Source: Octopus sinensis
Lineage: Eukaryota
DNA: 10,944 nucleotides
Direction of reading: 5' to 3'
Assembly (NCBI RefSeq): GCF_006345805.1
Contig: NW_021827333.1
Coordinates: forward strand, 1-10,944
Positions 7,673 to 10,944 of the stretch are shown one piece after another (within the stretch, counting starts at the first letter, position 1; each line of letters starts with the position of its first letter). The translations under genes and the position numbers were made by a program. The notes below the pieces were generated by a model. The model did not search any database. It was not told where the DNA came from and was given only the letters and a program-made list of their open reading frames with translations.

Positions 7673-8499
7673 TACTCTGAAAACTTTATGTTTACACATT
7701 TCGTCGTCAACCTATATAAATTAGGCATACATGTGATTGGCCTCAAATCCTTGGGGGAGTCACATACGTCCTTCTTAGGGATCAGATATGTGATTTCCGT
7801 ATAAAACCAATCATCAGGGGTAAAGTCTTTATTTATAATCTTGCGAATCTCATTACAAGATGTCCATGAATTGATGTAAAATTGTTGATAAAAAAATTGT
7901 AGGCTCCGTCACACCGCATGCTCTCCAATTAGGAAGCATCTTGATAATTTTAATAATTGCCTCATCCGTAAATTCTGCACGAATATTCTCTGATCCAGTC
8001 ACTCTTGTGGTGACCAGAAAATTGCTATTCTTAGATTCATGTTGATCCCAAATTTTTCTCCAGAAAGGGAGGCATTCGTCCTCATTGAAATTGAGCACAA
8101 AGTATTACGCGTTTCTTCATCAAATTGCTTCTTTTCTTTTATTTCACTAGCAGTTTTGATTTGTTCAAGCTGCTGTTTTAGTTTAATGAGTTTGCTCTTC
8201 ATTGATTCTTCCCAATTACTCTTAGTTCTAATTATCTGGGTAAGGCTTTCATATGTGCACTGTCCTGCATAGATGATATCAGTAATATTGTTGATATTCA
8301 AATTGTGCACAGAATCAATATATTCTTTAATTGAGGCATTGATCCCATTTATAATTTACTTCTTAAGCAATTGTCTTGGGATTTTTCTAGTCGGGTTACG
8401 GAGTATCCTTCCCGTTATACATATTTTCCAAATTTAGGAACAAAACTCTTCAAAACAATCCCCAAAATCTGAAATCTCAGCCTTCTGGGACTCCTTTTT

Positions 8500-9205
8500 T
8501 TAAAATGGCAGAATATTCATCTGTATTGAGGTACATGAGATTTCAAATTGACAAAATATATTTTTTTTTATTTTGGCTAAATAATTCCCGCCATTGAGGC
8601 TCTTGAGATTTTGAAATCAGAATATTGCGCCACATTCGCATATTTGAGATTTTGAAATGGCAAATTATTTAGAAGTATACAGATACTTAAAATTTTTTAT
8701 TGTCTAAATAATTCCCGCCATTGAGGCTCGTAAGATTTTGAAAAAATAAAATATTACTCAACATTAGCATACTTGAGATTTTAAAATTGCAGAATATTCA
8801 TCTGTATTGGGGTTCATAAGAATTCAAATTGACAGAATATTTCTTTTTTTTTATTTAGATAAATAATTCCCGCCATTGAGGCTCGTAAGATTTTGAAAAA
8901 TAAAATATTACTCAACATTAGCATACTTGAGATTTTAAAATTGCAGAATATTCATCTGTATTGGGGTTCATAAGAATTCAAATTGACAGAATATTTCTTT
9001 TTTTTTATTTAGATAAATAATTCCCGCCATTGAGGCTCTTATGATTTTGAAATTAGAATATTGCCCAACATTCGCATAATTGAGATTTTGAAATTGCCAA
9101 AAGATTTAGCGGTATACGGTTATTTTAATTTTTTTAAATGGCTAAATAATTTTCGCCATTGAGGCTCGTAAGATTTTGAAAAAGTAAAATATTACTCGAC
9201 ATTCG
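8500..9205 (-). repeat. Higher-order repeat array of the same ~40-bp monomer family as 2455-3026, inverted (right arm)
   Basis: The landmark AAATAATT(C/T)(C/T)CGCCATTGAGGCTC occurs at 8579, 8706, 8861, 9015 and 9144 (spacings 127, 155, 154, 129). 8706-8860 and 8861-9014 are near-identical. Confidence 0.92.
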
Positions 9206-9444
9206 TCATCTCTATTGATTTGTGTCAAAGACCGTCTTAAACGAGTCCCCAGAGGAGGTTGGCCGCTCATTGCTACTTATTTTAATTCTAAATTTGGAAA
9301 AAGAAATCAATCTATGAATTAAAAAAACTCGCTTCTGTCTCTGGGAATAAAAGTGAAATTACCAAAAATGAGAATAAAACGAATAATAATTCCCCAGATT
9401 TGGCACTTTACCACAGGGTGTACGAGAAATTATTAATTCAAATT

Positions 9445-9600
9445 GACTATTTCGAAGCTGACGGCCATCTTTTCAGTGGGCGACCAAGAAATACTCTCCC
9501 GGTTACGCTGAATAGAGACCTAAAGAGGGCTGGTAAAGAACTGAAGAACGGGGACGATCTCGATGCACTACGGGACGTCGCCCAAGATCGCGGGAAATGA
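9445..9600 (+). mobile_element. C-terminal fragment of an RTE-like LINE ORF
   Basis: YFE..FSGRPRNTLPVTLNRDL..DLDALRDVAQDRGK(W>TGA) resembles the GRP..(A)QDR..W terminus of RTE-clade proteins. Confidence 0.65.
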
Positions 9601-9757
9601 AATAACTAATTACTCTTATTGTTTCCTGTGCTGCACAAGCTTTGTCATGATCCATGGCATCGCAAAAGTGCCTATAATAATAGCGGTGTTCTTTGTCAAT
9701 GGATCTCAATAAAATTCCTTTGTCAAATAAAACAAACCAAGTATTAGAAAATAATAA

Positions 9758-10204
9758 CCATGGGAGGAATTACAGTCAATTGTCAGAGACCTCGAACATC
9801 GTCTTTGGCGTAGAAAATTGAAAGCCCACAATCTGAAATTAGCTCTACGAAAGAGAATCGCAGACGCTAAAGAATTGCAGTTTTTATGCAAATTGGATAA
9901 ATGACAATCATCTCCGACGAAGGAAAACAGACGGATTATTGATTCACTTTGTAATGATGTAAAGAACTACATCATTTCCCTCACCACTTTACTGATAGGA
10001 GAAGAGGACATCCCTGCCACATCACTGACCAATCCTCGAGTATCATTTGAATCATCGTTAACAGTTTATTTGTTAAGTCATGTCGCTAATGGAGAAAGCG
10101 AAGAATATAAATATGGACAGTCAGAAATATAAAATGAAAGAAAGTTTATAGAAAATTCTTCTTCCAAGCGAAGAAGAGAAATCACTGAAAATCTAAATTT
10201 TTAA
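9758..10204 (+). pseudogene. Unassigned interrupted reading frame (149 codons, two internal stops)
   Basis: PWEELQSIVRDLEHRLWRRKLKAHNLKLALRKRIADAKELQFLCKLDK*QSSPTKENRRIIDSLCNDVKNYIISL..SEI*NERKFIENSSSKRRREITENLNF*. No ATG and no motif that I recognise. Confidence 0.3.
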
Positions 10205-10250
10205 TTAGATAATTTAAAACAGGCTTGCACTTTGGAAACACAATTTCTCT

Positions 10251-10411
10251 GAAGTCCCTTCCGGTGTCTTTTTCTAGCGGGATTGGGACAAAATTCTTTG
10301 GCGTCGATTTTCAACTGACTTGAACCACTCCTCGACCAACACAGACTGGCTTGCTTCCGTTCCGCCTGTCAGCCATACTCAGGCTCCTGGCTGAATGTAT
10401 TCCCTTCTCCG
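10251..10411 (+). mobile_element. CRE-like non-LTR retrotransposon fragment (post-RT region)
   Basis: EVPSGVFF*RDWDKILWRRFSTDL, then after a 1-nt shift EPLLDQHRLACFRSACQPYSGSWLNVFPS; the SG(A/S)WL..P motif lies upstream of the zinc knuckle in CRE-like elements. Confidence 0.72.
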
Positions 10412-10944
10412 CTTTTAATAAGTCCTATTTTGAGGCTGAGAGGTGAGCGTGTGTGCGGGACTGAAAAGATAGGAATGCTGAAGGTCCTTATCTAACCTCT
10501 ACTAACAGCTTCTTTTTAAATAAATATTTTTCTTCAATCATTTCCAGTTTTCCGACAAATTTCAAATACAGAGCTTTTTATTTTTGATATTAAAATGCAG
10601 AAATCAGACCTTTTCGTTGATCGGAGAAATTGGCAATTAACATACAGACCTGAATTCACAAATCAAATTTTCTATTTATAAGGGCCGCAATTTTTTTTGT
10701 TAACTTAATGAAGATAATATATTTTTTATTTCAGTTTGAACGGAACAAAATACATATGATTTTTATTTTACTGGGTACATGCACTTTAGAGTTGAGTGCT
10801 ATTGTCGCAAATTTTTTATATAGTGTACTTTTTTAGTTCTTGAACTTTAACCGTGCGAGTCTAAAACATCATATCGATGTGGAAATCGATTAAATGAAAA
10901 CTTCATCGAAAAATTTAGCCCCCACCACACTGCATTTTTAGTGC

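Larger units (their letters stand above)
5766..8450 (-). mobile_element. Second R4/Dong-like non-LTR retrotransposon fragment (N-terminus to RT motif 3), split by the pogo element
   Basis: On the minus strand: LRNPTRKIP..NNITDIIYAGQCTYE (8400-8000), LPNWRACG (domain 0), DWFYTEITYLIPKK..DLRPITCMPNLYRLTTKCV..FSEY (7850-7673). After the pogo it continues IDSFGLISDNQ..CQGAKEQAIIN..WIDVKKAFNSVD (5928-5766) and ends at the hAT TIR. The 5' boundary is approximate. Confidence 0.9.

Noticed and set aside
7619-8272. Plus-strand ORFs 7619-7804 and 8039-8272
   Set aside because: These are antisense to the minus-strand R4-like element, which carries the real motifs.
8500-9205. CRISPR array
   Set aside because: The sequence between the repeated landmarks is itself repeated, so there are no unique spacers. 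There are no cas genes, and the context is eukaryotic.
9503-9709. Minus-strand ORF with RHFCDAMDHDK, faintly like a DNA-transposase motif
   Set aside because: Only about 35 codons lie outside the RTE fragment, which is too short to support an assignment by eye.
1-10944. Alternative genetic code (TGA=Trp or TAR=Gln), suggested by TGA at expected Trp sites (5181, 9598) and TAG at a probable Gln site (10275)
   Set aside because: TAA ends the Buster, Tigger and CRE-like proteins at their expected termini, and TGA ends the pogo tail. The internal stops are single transitions in sequences that also carry frameshifts.
10440-10944. AT-rich tail with a small CACT..AGTG stem at the window edge, considered as a Helitron end or terminator
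   Set aside because: The stem is only 4 bp, no CTRR terminus is visible, and there is no ORF or repeat support.

Overview
This is an AT-rich eukaryotic region built almost entirely of nested, mostly decayed transposable elements; I could not identify a host gene or RNA gene. From left to right: (1) a decayed R4/Dong-like (RLE-type) non-LTR retrotransposon on + (36-2414); (2) a block of ~40-bp-monomer repeats (2455-3026); (3) an internally deleted Tigger/pogo element with TIRs and TA duplication (3241-4027); (4) a CRE-like endonuclease fragment on - bracketed by 13-bp perfect inverted repeats (4044-4566); (5) the 3' half of a Buster-type hAT element (4655-5765), whose dimerisation region is replaced by a 5'-truncated LINE (~5088-5561); (6) a second R4-like retroelement on - (5766-8450), split by a near-intact 1742-bp DD29D pogo transposon (5931-7672); (7) an inverted, higher-order copy of the same repeat family (8500-9205); (8) RTE-like and CRE-like LINE scraps and an unassigned interrupted reading frame (9445-10411). 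The best leads are the young pogo element with its PIP-box-like tail in the +1 frame, the inverted-repeat-flanked nuclease cassette, and two inverted repeat arms that enclose the whole nest. All family assignments come from motifs recognised by eye; no database search was run. I found no evidence strong enough to claim a new biological system.
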